DNA of 53,159 bases, from assembly GCA_002633005.1 (NCBI GenBank), contig NMRA01000223.1, positions 163,710-216,868 of the forward strand. Direction: 5' to 3'. Within the stretch, counting starts at the first letter, position 1; the number at the start of each line of letters is the position of its first letter. Source of the DNA: Phoronis australis (Eukaryota; Animalia; Phoronida). This document shows, piece after piece, positions 13,351 to 25,725 of this stretch. Under the pieces are notes generated by a model. The model saw only the letters and a list, made by a program, of their open reading frames with translations. It ran no database searches and was not told where the DNA came from. The translations under genes and the position numbers were made by a program.

Positions 13351-13806
13351 ATTGCTATGGACAAAACGATTACTACTGTTCTGCCGAAAGTAAAAAGAAT
13401 GCGCGTGAGGCAAATTTAATTATTTGCATCTGTAAGTTGCGGTTCCGGCCCTTAACCCCCAAAAGCACAGGTCAAGTGAAGAAACATGGTATACATNCCA
13501 CCAGAAACAATGCCCTAACAAATCAGCAGTTACCAATGGTCTATCGGTGACACATCCAGACAACCAAGCCAGAGCACCATGGTTCAAATCCTGATAACAG
13601 TAACTTTTTTTAGCAACATTAATAATTTCTAAAATATATAAAATACACTACTATCACAATTGCTGTGGACAAAACGATTACTACTGTTCTGCCGAAAGTA
13701 AAAAGAATGCGCGTGAGGCAAATTTAATTATTTGCATCTGTAAGTTGCGGTTCCGGCCCTTAACCCCCAAAAGCACAGGTCAAGTGAAGAAACATGGTAT
13801 ACATCC
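13351..13806 (+). repeat. ~147-bp near-identical direct repeat (13351-13496 and ~13659-13806) on either side of an N
   Basis: ATTGCT[A/G]TGGACAAAACG...GGTATACAT occurs twice with one visible mismatch; single N at 13497. Confidence 0.9.
13525..13615 (+). mobile_element. tRNA-derived SINE-like head
   Basis: A-box-like TGGTCTATCGG and B-box GGTTCAAATCC, followed by a T-run. Confidence 0.4.
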
Positions 13807-14290
13807 ATGTCACCGTGTAATAGATTACCTGGCAACAAAGGATTTACAGAAATAGCTTAAACAAGAGGTGGATAGCTGAAACGTACTCTTTGGATATTAA
13901 CCTGACCTCACTAATAACCACCCCAAACATTCAGCATTGTTTTATTGCACTCTCACTGATTAACATGTTATTAAAAATTTCGAACATTAATAACATTGTT
14001 TTCACGTACATGCAAGAAAAGATCCCGATACATTCGTCAAATATTATCACAAATATGACACGCCAGCATTCCAGTTATCATGCGTATTAGTATTGCGCCA
14101 TTTTCCCGCAATCTCACTTTCAGCTGACAGTGTAAGTCACCGGCCGTAGGCCATTTAACTATGTCTTAAAATGCTTTCATAATCGAGGCTGCAAGATCAA
14201 CCACCACTAGTAAGCGCGCCTTAACTGATAGTCGATGCTTTCTAGATTACCGAAACCTCTGTCAAATACTAAAGCTTGTTTGGTTTGCAG

Positions 14291-14572
14291 AAACTATCCT
14301 CGGGTGCAAAAATGATGTTAAAGGACTTGACTATAACGGAAAGGGTAACTACGCCAACACGGGGCAAAGCTGCAGGATATGGGACACTGATGACGTTGTG
14401 AACTACATGATAAAAAAAAGACGTCTTTTTGCGTCATATATGAATTGGCCAAGAAACGTGCAACGTTCGAACTTTTGTAGAAATCCGGACCATTGGGAAG
14501 GTGGTCCTTGGTGTTTCATAGAAGATGAACCTGTACCTTCGTGGCGTGCTTGTGACATCAAACTGTGTAATG
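14291..14572 (+). CDS. Kringle-domain exon 2 (internal, phase 1-1)
   Basis: Acceptor TTTGCAG ends at 14290; donor GTAAGT starts at 14573. 282 bp open: TILGCKNDVKGLDYNG...TGQSCRIW...NFCRNPD...GPWCF...WRACDIKLCN; about 52/93 aa identical to exon 1 by manual count. Confidence 0.93.
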
Positions 14573-14740
14573 GTAAGTACTAGCACGCTACAAAAGCAGA
14601 TTTTAAAGCTGAGTAGCTGTGCAGTCTGATTGCATGTACATCAAAAACTTCATTTGGTATTTTTCTGCTGAGGGAGATTCCTATACATATCCGACTTAAA
14701 CATACTATTGAATGATACGTGAAGATACACTGTAGTGCAC

Positions 14741-15205
14741 TTATTGGGGACAAATAAAACAAAAAGAATAATAAATATTTTAAGTTGTGTTGGCAATTTC
14801 AGGGTCACAGCTCTACAAATAAATACTTCACAGACGGAACCAGATGGTTTCCTTAATTACAAGAGATAACACACACATTCCCGATACCCAAAGTGTAATT
14901 GAGTATCGGATACTAAGTGGCACAGGTTAGCATAGTACCAGATGGGTACACAATACCAAATGGGTATTGGCCGATTGCCTACCAACTGGGTCGAGCAAAG
15001 CGGCAAATTCAATAACAAGTACCAAGTGGGTACAAACTGCCAAATGGGCAAATATCATATAAAGTACCAAGTGGGTACACCAAACAGCCAACTGGGTTAT
15101 AACAACCTGCAAAGCAGGTTCCGGACAAGCTGAGTGAGCAGACCAACCGGAGTGATAAAAAGAGATATTGTAAGGAACGTGGTGTTGTGGCTCAGTATGT
15201 GCCCA
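14741..15205. repeat. Repeat A copy 1 (~460 bp), with internal TACCAANTGGGTA motifs
   Basis: Highly similar to 15660-16137. Confidence 0.92.
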
Positions 15206-15452
15206 GGGCTGTGACCGGGGTGGAGAGAAGGAAGCTGCAGTAATGGATGCTCAAGTACATGTCTGGTCGCTAGCCAATGACGTCGGTTCTTCCCTGACGG
15301 TAACACGCTCCGGGCTTGAAGAAGGTGCCAGCAGCGGCTGTAAAAAAACAATAACCAACAGCAGATTTTATTCGGCAAAAGGGATGGAGCGTGGGAAAGG
15401 TAGAAAACGTTGACATAAATTTTTGTGGTACCCCGGGTAGGGAGGGCAGGAG

Positions 15453-15663
15453 AGGTATAAACTTATCTAAATAGGAAAACTTACGAGTGAATGTACTGTT
15501 GCTTGAGGCTGGGCCAACAGGAAGCTGGAGAGAAAGAACAAACAGCGCAACCATCGGACTTGGTAGGAACTAACCACGGGTTGGATATGAAGCATGAAGG
15601 GTTGTATAACGGTATATGGCCAAATAATAGGATTTATGTCAGAGAGCCATCAATCTCATTATT
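15453..15663. repeat. Repeat C copy 1 (~210 bp)
   Basis: Highly similar to 22591-22806 (AGGAAAACTTACGAGTGAATGTACTG...ATCTCATTAT). Confidence 0.92.
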
Positions 15664-16137
15664 CGGGACAACTAAAACAACAAGAATAACATATATTTTA
15701 AGTTGTGTTGGCAATTTCAGGGTCACAGCTCTACAAATAAATGTTTCACAGAAGGAACAAGATGTGTTCCTTAATTACAAGAGATAACACACACATTTCC
15801 GATACCCAAAGTGTAATTGAGTATCAGATACTGAGTGAGTGGCACAGGTTAGCTTAGTACCAAATGGGAACATAATACCAAATGGGTATTGGCCGATTGC
15901 CTACCAACTGGGTCGAGCAAAGCGGCAAATTCAATAACAAGTACCAACTAGGTACAAACTGCCAAATGGGCAAATATCATATAAAGTACCAAGTGGGTAC
16001 ACCAAACAGCCAACTGGGCTATAACAACCTGCAAAGCAGGGCAAAGCAGGTTCCGGACAACCGGAGTGAGCAAACCAGCCGGAGTGATAAAAAGAGACAT
16101 TGTAAGGAACGTGGTGTTGTGGCTCAGTATATGCCAC
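15660..16137. repeat. Repeat A copy 2
   Basis: Matches 14741-15205 and abuts repeat C at a shared TTAT. Confidence 0.92.
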
Positions 16138-16974
16138 ATGGGTAGGGTTGTTCATGGATGAACAATCCTGTCCACCGCCACAACTCACGTGGGGGCCGTG
16201 ACCCTGGTAGAGGAGTGACAGGAGATGGGAGAAAAATGTAGTCACAAGCAATGAGAAAAGGACTGATACCAGTCCCGGATTGGCCTCCATATTCAGTGAA
16301 GCTCGCACCCCCCGCCCTCTTGGGTTCAGGCACGATGTTAGACTTGGGGCACGGCACACGAGGACAGATTGGATACCTCACGGCGAGCAGTCCCGCTCCC
16401 GCCAAGTTCGAAGCCCAGCCACACCCTGGTCGCCGAGAGAGCCAGAGTTGTGGCTGCTATACATTACAGGCACCTCTACTGACCCCATACCACACTCACC
16501 TAGCAGACACTGCTATGCCTTAACTACAAGGGAAATTGCACCACATAACGGTGCAAGCACAAACCTACATGGAGGACCTGCGGTGGTTCCCACCCGAGCA
16601 TCGCATGGCACAGGACCACCCTACGCTCCCGGCCGGGCTTTCCCCGGTTCCAAGCCGCCCCCAAAGTCCAACTAACCCTCACTCATATCGCGGCAAATAC
16701 TGGCGAAATTCAGCCGGTTTAGGGCACACTTTAGTACCTCAAGTTCAGTGCCCCCCAATTATTACGAATCTAATGCATCATGTACATGTTTGAGCTAGGG
16801 TAGGGCAGCCGAAGAGAACTGGCGTTTAGGTTCCTATGTGCCAAGGTGTTCGTATTGCTGTGGAACAATTAACTTGCGTACCAGAAGAAGTAAGCCTTGG
16901 GACAATGGAGTGGGAGTAAACTCACACGGAAGCGTGTGCTGTTAGGGAAACTCGCTGAGAACAGAAAGATTGTA

Positions 16975-17135
16975 TAAATTATTTTGATTTAATTTTTTAA
17001 CATTTTAATTTATTCATTTTTATTTATTTTTAAATATCATTTATTTACTTTTTAAATACATTTTTATTTAGTTTTTATATTTGTTATTTACTTTTTTTAA
17101 ATAGTTTTATTTGCTTTTATTTTTTTATTTTTTAC
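16975..17135. repeat. T/A-rich low-complexity tract
   Basis: Directly visible. Confidence 0.85.
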
Positions 17136-18779
17136 ATAAGATAGGAAAGATGTAATGGTGGAGGGAAGGTAAATGACCATCAGCATGGGAGAGGTCATTT
17201 CATATAAAGATTATGAACAGATCTAAAATCATTATTTAAAACAGTCCTATTTATTTTCTGATACTTTTAAGATGAAAACCGACAGCTTGATAAAAATCAT
17301 TAATTAAAACCATGTATGAAGCTATCTGCCACAGACAGACCTTCATACGGAAACTTGCATGTCTACTATATGTCTAAGAAAAATAAAACATCTATAAAAA
17401 TCCTACAGAACACAACTATACGAGAGAGCAGAGCAGCAACAGGCTCTCAGGAATAATGATACCCCAAGTCGCATAAAATACACAACGCCAAGTGCACAAA
17501 TCAGGAAGCAACTCGGTCTACAAAATATGATTGGCAGTAAAGACCTAGGACCCTATCATTGTGTTCAACGAATATCCTAGAGCTAAGCAAAAGGACAAAT
17601 AACATTTGTGCTGTCGATGTCAGGAAAGGATGGGCACAACTAATCAGTAAATGCAATTAAGCCTAGGGTTCTGGTATCATGGAAGTTTAGTCTAGAAAGT
17701 TCCATTGCTGGGTAATTATATGAAAGTGAATCAACAGGCTGGCACATTACCATGCAATCTGGGTCAATGTAATATAGGTCAACAAAATGAAAGGTTACAA
17801 CATTTTGAAATCGTAAAATAAAAATCTTGTGTTAAAATAAGTCAGACATTACTGGTAATCTGATATGATTTATACGCCTAAACGGGCGGATGTAAACCAT
17901 TAATGTGACAGTGACGCGTTTTCAAACACTTGGCGCAGTGACATGGATACTGTTTAGGCCTACTAATAGCCCGGGTGTAGTGGATCCTGGGTTGCAAATG
18001 AAAACGACCCTAATTCAGCGGGTAAGGACAACTTTTAGAGTGACTGGCTTAGACCTAATACACCGAAATGAACTAGTATCTACGAAAATCGTAAAATTAA
18101 AGGAAACAGCTTAAGCCGGTCTTGCCCTCGCTCTGGAGGCACTCGAGCGCAGATTTCGTACGACTAAGCTTTACGCGCCTGTGGCAGTGGACAACTTAGC
18201 AGGCATGTGAGACGTGATCTCATCGATCATAACGTCCGCCTATCTAGCACTACAGTAGCCGACTATTCGAAAATCGTCCTGATGGGAAATACCCGACCAC
18301 GATGGTAGACGAAAACAAAAGTTGACGCATTAACGGTAAGCGCGGTTGGAATAGGTTAAAATTATGCCGAGAGAACGAAATGTGAAGTATTATGTGATAC
18401 CAATTTACACGAGTGTTTTAAAATGTTTAACACGTTTTGTTGTTATTATTATTTTTATTTTATTAGTTTATTTTTCAATTATTATTTATTTAATTTGTAG
18501 CAATATTTTAGTGTACGTTTTAGTTTGTTTATTAGTTGTATTATATGTTGTTTTTTTAATTTTTTATTGATTTTTTTCGTGCGGTGGTAAAGTATAAATA
18601 TGTTTTAAGTGTTCGTTCCGAAGGCAGTATGCCGGTCAAAAGGGCGGATAAACATGGTAGGGTTAGGGCCGGTGACGAAGTACTTAAAAAGGCCTAACAA
18701 ACAACATATCCAAGGGTGATTACAGTATTTCGTATCTTTCATGGAAATTCGAATAAAATGTCAACAGAGATTCAAAGTT

Positions 18780-18970
18780 TTTTTTATTTATTATTATTAT
18801 TATTATTTTGTTATTATTATTATTATTAGTATTTTTATTATTATTACTATTATTTATCATTATTATTATTATTATTCATTATGATTGTTTTGTTGTTTTT
18901 TTGTTTTTTATTATTTATTTTTATTATTTTTTTATTATTATCAGTTTTTTTGATTATTATTGTTTTGTTT
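18780..18970. repeat. Degenerate (TAT)n microsatellite
   Basis: Directly visible. Confidence 0.9.
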
Positions 18971-19456
18971 TACTTAGTTCCTAAATTTTATTACTATAAT
19001 TTTACCCACCAAAGTGGTTGCGCGCTATATGAGGACACTTCCATGTTAGACGCGGCACTTTCGAGCTTTACCGCACCAGGCTTCACGGCGATATGGGATA
19101 GATTCCCACCTAGGTCTAAACCCATTGTAAATCGCATCTGTTTACATCAATAATACCTCCAGTCCTGTTGGAACAGTACGAAGTCTAGTGTTATGTACAT
19201 GCAAATCCAGTATCCGCCATGTACCCAAACCACAAGTACGTCTGGAGCCGAGGTCACACACTTGTCAAACCGCTGGCATTCAAGCTCATTCTACATGGGT
19301 ACCCAGACCCCAACTGTGCTTCACTCCTTGTTCAAGGCTTAAATAGCCAAGGAGTGTAGTAGTATAGGAGAGTTCACTTGCGAGTTCGCTGTTACCTCTA
19401 CTACTATCGCCGCCAAGTGGTGAACAAGCAACTGTCAACCAGGAAGCGCCAAAACA

Positions 19457-20270
19457 ATGGGGGACGCATTTTGCAGTGCGATAAATTGCACTAATTCATC
19501 CACGACAATCCCAGGCGTGTCATTTTTTAGGTTTCCTAAGGATTCGGAAAGGTATTATATGTTATTCAATAATGTGATACATTGTCTTTCATTTTGTGTG
19601 TTCTGTTCACGGTTGTTAGACAAGTCGATCGCACGTCCCGGTGCCACTGTCTGTTGTCTGCAGTGTAGGCTAGGCCTATGGGCAGCCGGCGGAAGGACTA
19701 CTGATTAACGTACGATGTGATCGTCAGCTTTTTGGATACTTGCAGTCCATGTATTCCAAATCAAAATGTCACTCTAACGATCGCTGGGATAATTTTAGGA
19801 AAACGTACCCATGGCCATGGGTGAATGTGAATCATCGTGGTGACACGGCCATGGCACAATCACAGCCACAGTGACTCAAGTTTTCATTAGTCAAGTTAGA
19901 GAATCTGTGGGTCTCGGTGAAAAGTTGTGTAGCCCTTAAAATATCCGTGGATCGACATTTGAGTCCTGGTTTTTTAGTTGACACCAAGATGCTTTTGTCT
20001 CTATCACAATCACAGTGCGACAGGACTTCTGTAGTGTAGTGTAGTGTAGTTTAGTGTAGACTACCAGTCTTCTGTGAACCTGGTGAGTATGAGGTTTGTT
20101 CGAGTCTCTCATTGATTTCTGTTCAGGTGCAAGCACTGGGAGCCGACTTTATGAATAGAGTGCATCATACTCGTCCAAGAACTGCAACGTATGCTCTCAT
20201 GATCACTTCGAGGAGTACATGTTGATGAATGAAGAACAAGCTGGTATTGAATGCAGTTCTCCGGATTTTA
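19457..20270 (+). pseudogene. Spliced THAP zinc-finger remnant (exon 19457-19551, exon from 20127)
   Basis: MGDAFCSAINCTNS...SFFRFPKDSE-AG|gt...ag|G-CKHW, then frameshifted NCNVCSHDHFEE and NKLVLNAVLRIL, fitting the THAP C2CH and AVP signature. Confidence 0.8.
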
Positions 20271-20914
20271 TGTTACAGCCGTGGAATAGGCTTTTCAGTT
20301 TCTGATTATCGTCTCACAAAGCAAGTACTGGAACATCACGTGTAGAAAGGACAATTAGTCAAAATCTGGTTTTCGTATTTTACTAAGGTTGATCAGATTG
20401 AACCATTTTATGAATGGTTAGCCTGAAACTGATGGGTCTTTGAGAGTCTGAATGGTGGGCTGACATTTTGTTAAACCCAAGCTATCCGTATCATTTTGCT
20501 TCTCAATGACAAACACCTCTGTGAGTAAATTAGTTATCAGCTTCAACACATTTCATTGGCAAAAAGAGCTGTTGTTTACTAGTGAATAGAGAGTGAAAAG
20601 GTTGGTTAGATTTTTTTGTTGTATTGGTGTATGTGTTGCCTATTTTGTACGTTTTTGGAGATTGTGATTAATTTAAGCCCCAGTTGTGGCTAAGTAACAA
20701 ATATGACCTTGTGGTCTAGCTTTAGCTTACCTGAAATATTTACTGTTATTGATAATATGAACAGTGGGTATAGAAAATAAAAAAATTAGTTTTATCATCC
20801 AAGTCTTTTTAATTCAGGTTTGTATGAAGTTGTGTGGCTAGTGATTATTTTGATTGCTGTTCAGCACCTCTTAACTTTTTTGTCATGCCATTTTGAGCTT
20901 GGACTGGTTATGGT

Positions 20915-21115
20915 GGTGCTATACTCAATGTGGGGGGGGGGCTTGAAGTCCCGACGATGTAGACCTTTTGCTAACAAATGAGTGGGCGGAATAAAAAAAA
21001 AAAACGTGGACCACCACTGTGAATTGCGCGTTTCCGTTTCTTTAGTCGACTGTTGTCCCATTTTCTCGGACTTTTTGTCTCGTTCGAGCCCCCGAGCCCC
21101 CTGGGTGCGCGCGTG
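20915..21115. mobile_element. Small MITE nested in the P-like element
   Basis: G-run near start; ends CGAGCCCCCTGGGTGCGCGCGTG, which is complementary to the start of the element at 24268 (CATGCGCGCACCCA). Confidence 0.45.
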
Positions 21116-22590
21116 GGAGAGTGCAATCGAGTTTACCCTATGCTGGAATGTCTAAGAAATAATGGGATGTTCTAAAATTATATTACAGTTTTGTGGTAGT
21201 GATCAATTGCTTTCTTCTTCTTACATGTGTAACACCCACTACACCAAACAATTGTTCGCATTGCTAGTATCCTGGTGCATTGAATAGGGAACACATGCGA
21301 AATTGTTTGGTGGAGGTGAAACCAGCATTGAGCTGGGAGACATGTTTGTCAATGGTCAGGGGAGCAACCAAAATTTATGACGATGGGAAGGGCTCAACAC
21401 CCATGTGGCATACCCCATTGTTTTTTACCTGTTTAGCACTCCTCCTATTTAACCCCCCTGGGAGATGGTCAACACCCATTTGGCGCCCACATAGTTTTTG
21501 CCTTGTACCCCCTTAGCTGTCACCTGGGGGGAATCACCCTCTGAACCCCCAGGGGCAATCATTCAATTTTCATTGTCCGTGGAGGTATGAACTGTTATAA
21601 GGAAAGATAATTTGCCTTGTTAAGAACTCAAACATGCAACAAAACCGTGATAGATTTTGAAAGGAGCACTTTAATATTGATTAAAATACACATTTTCATT
21701 CTCATTCGATTATACATGTAAGTGGATGTTAGTTTACGTATTCTAACCATTTTCAATCACACAGTAATTTTCTTGCACGTTGAACGTCATTAAATTATGG
21801 TTTCATCAGTGTTTACATTGTTCGGACTGCGCTCATAAGTAATTATTGATTATTCACCGCTTGGAGCGCTAGTGTTTCGACCGGTAACCATTGCGGCGAA
21901 TGGTAAAATGGCGGAGTGAGCCCTCCTATACTCGTACACTCCTTGGTGTCACCCACTATCGTCACACGCTTCGCTCTGTCTCGCGCTAGCCTTTGCCTAA
22001 CGCCCGTGATTCAGTGGACATACTTTGTGTTATGGCGCGCGCGGTGAAAAAGTCAACGGGAACCAAAAAGTGCAGTTGAAATTCTTCGGCAAAATCACCC
22101 CAATCTCATAACTAAGCTCCGTCGATGATATGTATAGAAGTAAAATAAATGGATCCATGAAGAAAGGAAGCGCTTTTTTAAGTGATAGCGTTAAGTGTGG
22201 AATGTATTTTTTGACGAGGTGAAACTCAAAATCAGTGGCCGGATATGGCCAGGCGAAATGGTACAGGACGCAATGGGAACTTATTATAGCCCCTAACCGG
22301 CCAACCGAGGGGCTACGTGTTGACTAGCCCCTGTCCTACCAGCCCCGTTGATAACCTTTGTACCTCGAAGACGGGTCTCATCCCCAATGCAGACGGCGAT
22401 TGTCACAAGATATCCCACTTACATGTATACCCAGGGAAGTGGAGAAATGGCGAGGGATTGGTTTGGGTTTGAGGGATCATTAGAATCGAAAGAAATCGGC
22501 CGTTAGAAAAGCCATCTGTGGCTACAAATAATAGATAAAGGAAGTATTGTTTGTGCAGGACAATTCACGACGAACGGGAAGGAGTCTACT

Positions 22591-22806
22591 AGGTATAAGC
22601 CTGTCTAATTAGGAAAACTTACGAGTGAATGTACTGTTTCTTGAGGCTGGGCCAACAGGAAGCTGGAGAGAAAGAACAAACAGCGCAACCATCGGACTTG
22701 GTAGGAACTAACCACGGGTTGGGTATGAAGCATGAAGGGCTTTACTTGTATAACGGTATTTGCCCAAATAATAAGATTTATGTCAGAGTGCCATGGATCT
22801 CATTAT
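22591..22806. repeat. Repeat C copy 2
   Basis: Matches 15453-15663 and ends in CTCATTAT. Confidence 0.92.
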
Positions 22807-22954
22807 CAACTTGATGTCTAATGTGAGAACATGTGACTCCGTCACGAAACAAGAATCGTCCGTGTGACCTTATCGTGTACATTGAGTAATATAATGATAT
22901 GCAACAAATTTGTTGGAAAATTTGTGTTTGAAAACAAATATTTAGGCTATAACT

Positions 22955-23548
22955 CTGATGGGCCGTTGGGGGGAAAGTGCTGCCGGAAAAATACGAGCGC
23001 AATTGTGTACATTACGCCGTTATTTACGCCGTTAAGTACGCCGTAAAATAACGAGCGTAATTTAATTTTTACGGCGTCAAATTACGCTCGTAATTTAGTT
23101 TAAACTATGACGTTGGGTTTTACAATCCAAGATCGCGCGCGCTCATGGAAATACTTATTTATTGGCAGGTTTCATGTCTATGATACGAGCACTGAATCAT
23201 GGCGGATCAAATCGCTGCTGCCATGTCAGCGATTGTGCAAGAACGAGCTGCCCAGCAACAGTCGCGTAAGTTAGGTCATCACTGATTGGTTTAAATTTGG
23301 AACGTGCTTAGGCTATTTTACGAGCGTAATTTACAGTGACATTTACCCCATTAAATTTACGGGCGTAATTTTACCGCAACACTTTTGCAGTTTAACTTAC
23401 GCTAGTAATTACGAGCGTAATTTTGCGACGAAACGTTTCACCATTTAATTTACGAGCGTAATTGTACGGCGACACTCCTGCAATTTAATTTACGCTCGTA
23501 ATTACGAGCGTAATTTTACGGCGACACTTTCCCCTCAACGGCCCACCG
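22955..23548. mobile_element. Foldback-type MITE with ~40-bp TIRs and repeated TTACGAGCGTAAT motifs
   Basis: Left TGGGCCGTTGGGGGGAAAGTGCTGCCGGAAAA versus right reverse complement TGGGCCGTTGAGGGGAAAGTGTCGCCGTAAAA; many subterminal TTACG(AG/CT)CGTAA units; TA on the right flank. Confidence 0.85.
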
Positions 23549-24267
23549 TATATAACGTCAGATTCCGTGGGTGCATTGTATTCAAAACGCGTATTAAACT
23601 GTTCAAGTTTCACCCTTGCAACTAGGAATTACAGTACCACCCTTATGTATTCGCTCATTTTTTAAACAACTGCCAGTTGTTAGATGGCACTGGTTTTAGT
23701 TTTATGTTTCGTAGTGCTTAATTGTAGATATAATTTAATTGGAATAATTCAAAATGAAGGGCCACTGAACTGGTGATGTTTTTTTTTGCGATGATGCATT
23801 TTATTTAAAATGGAAACATTGGTTGTTTAGATATATCCGGAGTGTGTGACATGCTAGGACCTATTGCATGTTTGTGGAGTGATTTGGAAAACTCTAGAGT
23901 GTGTTTCAGTAGATTAAATGTTTAAATAAATTGTGAGTGTCCATAATTTCCCAGGCACTGGTTAGTTGCCCTTACAGAATCAACAGTTACAATGTTAATC
24001 ACGAGAGCCAGCTACAGAGACAGTAGGATATTGAATAAAAAATTATTTCATTTGCTGGAAGTGTTCCGCCACACAGGGTTTTGGGAAACTCACTGGGGTA
24101 ATGAACGTTTTATTTGAGTTGACATCTGAACATACGTTAGTGATCAATGGAAGTAGTTGGCTCTCACCAGTATTCAATCCATCGTCGCTCTGAAAAGCGT
24201 GATCGCAGGTCAGTGACACCCTGTGTCCACTCATTCTAGGAATGACATGTGACAATGGGCGAGCACC

Positions 24268-24520
24268 CATGCGCGCACCCACTCTCAAAGTGGGGGGGGG
24301 TCGAATTTTGGAGAATGGGGACGTATTATTCAGATTCAAGGTATACATTCAGAGCTATAAATTGTGCATTCGTCTAATTGTGGTACTCCCCACTTTTCAT
24401 TGGATTTTTGTTTCGTTTTCTATTCTTTCGGAGAATTTTGTATCTCTGAGGCTGTCGTTTTTGCCCATTTCGCCAAATGGGTTATCGTTCGAGCCCTTTG
24501 AACCCACCTTGGAGGTAGGT
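24268..24520. mobile_element. Small MITE of the same family as 20915-21115
   Basis: Starts CATGCGCGCACCCAC...GGGGGGGGTCGAA; TTCGAGCCC near the end. Confidence 0.45.
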
Positions 24521-25559
24521 CTACGGCAGTTAGAAGAAGCCCGTCACTGAAAACTCGTAAGATCAAGCCAAAGTCAATGTCGAACGACATAGCACCGGCT
24601 ACGAGATTTACATGACGTAAGTTCAGTGAAGAATATAGTGTCGGTGGCTCAAGAATAAAGGTGGTGATGAAGTAAGACATGCTGTGGGACCGAGCTTTAT
24701 GCGCATGTCCATGATAATACTCACCGACTAGGCTGTACTTAGTGAAAACCTCAATGTTGGGTTGCAACTGACTAGATCACCAGCAACGTATGTTTGCAAG
24801 AAGGGTGATGACGGGTTCAGATCTTACAAGGCATTAGGTCAGCGATCTGATAGATGTTGTCTGTAATGTCACCTGGGAGAGATATTTCTTTGCAGTTAGG
24901 TGTAAAGAATGGATAATTCTGAACATAATCTATTACGTCGCCGGCATCAGTGTTCAGCAATTGTTGCTGGGACATTTACAGACTGTTTATGCAAATGAAC
25001 TGCTGTGTTGGCCGGGCCCTTTCAAATGCTCGACCTCTGTGCGGCAGTCGAGAACCAGCCCTGACAGTGTACACGTGTTAGAAACTATTCACAGCAAGTG
25101 GAACGTTTTTGTCAACAAATGACTTGGGAAATTCAGCGGACAGAGATGATGGGGTCGGAGGCTGACCACAAAAGACAGCGCACGGACTGCGTAAAATATG
25201 ATGGGTTCTTGACTCAGTAATATTAGTTTGGGGTGCCACGCGAAGAGTGGTCTACCCAGTGACGGAACTTATCAATTGTATGTAAATGTTCGTTTACTGA
25301 ATGATTGAAGCTTCATTAAATATTATTTCTTTAACAGTTAATGTTTCTATTTAATTGTCTCATTAAAGTCACGTCGTGACAATAGGGACATACAGTATTT
25401 CACCGAGTGAAGAAGACATGTTTGAGAATACCACCGTCAAACTGAAGCATTGATTATCAAATCAGGCTCTCAGGACATAGGGATGTAATGAATTTGGTAG
25501 ATATGAACGACCAAAAGTTAACTTGCATCCAGGAGGCAACAACGCAATCTCATGCCATT

Positions 25560-25725
25560 GAACTGCGCTCGGTACTGGGACTCTTGAGACACTACATGTG
25601 AAGTTTGTGCCTAAATACACAGCCACAACATTGACACGTATAGAAGGACAGACAGTCGATAGAATCCTAGAGCCCGACATCCATTTCCACGCATTGCGTA
25701 TGCCAATGCAAGCGTTTGGGGGTGG
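25560..25725 (-). pseudogene. PHD-finger-like remnant, possibly LINE ORF1
   Basis: Minus frame PKRLHWHTQCVEMDVGL*DSIDCLSFYTCQCCG resembles the W.H..C..M...C..CG half of CR1/L2 ORF1 PHD fingers. Confidence 0.3.

Larger units (their letters stand above)
19348..21945 (+). mobile_element. Non-autonomous THAP-encoding DNA transposon, P-superfamily-like
   Basis: ~31-bp TIRs: CAAGGAGTGTAGTAGTATAGGAGAGTTCACT on the left versus reverse complement CAAGGAGTGTACGAGTATAGGAGGGCTCACT on the right. THAP ORF starts ~110 bp inside. No TSD recognised and no transposase core visible. Confidence 0.8.

Noticed and set aside
14880-15100. CRISPR-like repeat-spacer array
   Set aside because: Repeats are only ~13 bp and degenerate, spacers are short and irregular, there are no cas genes, and the context is eukaryotic.
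16124-16793. Overlapping GC/Pro-rich ORFs
   Set aside because: No recognisable motif; open frames on both strands are expected from the GC content.
18364-19153. Hydrophobic ORFs resembling membrane proteins
   Set aside because: Produced by T-rich and (TAT)n low-complexity DNA.
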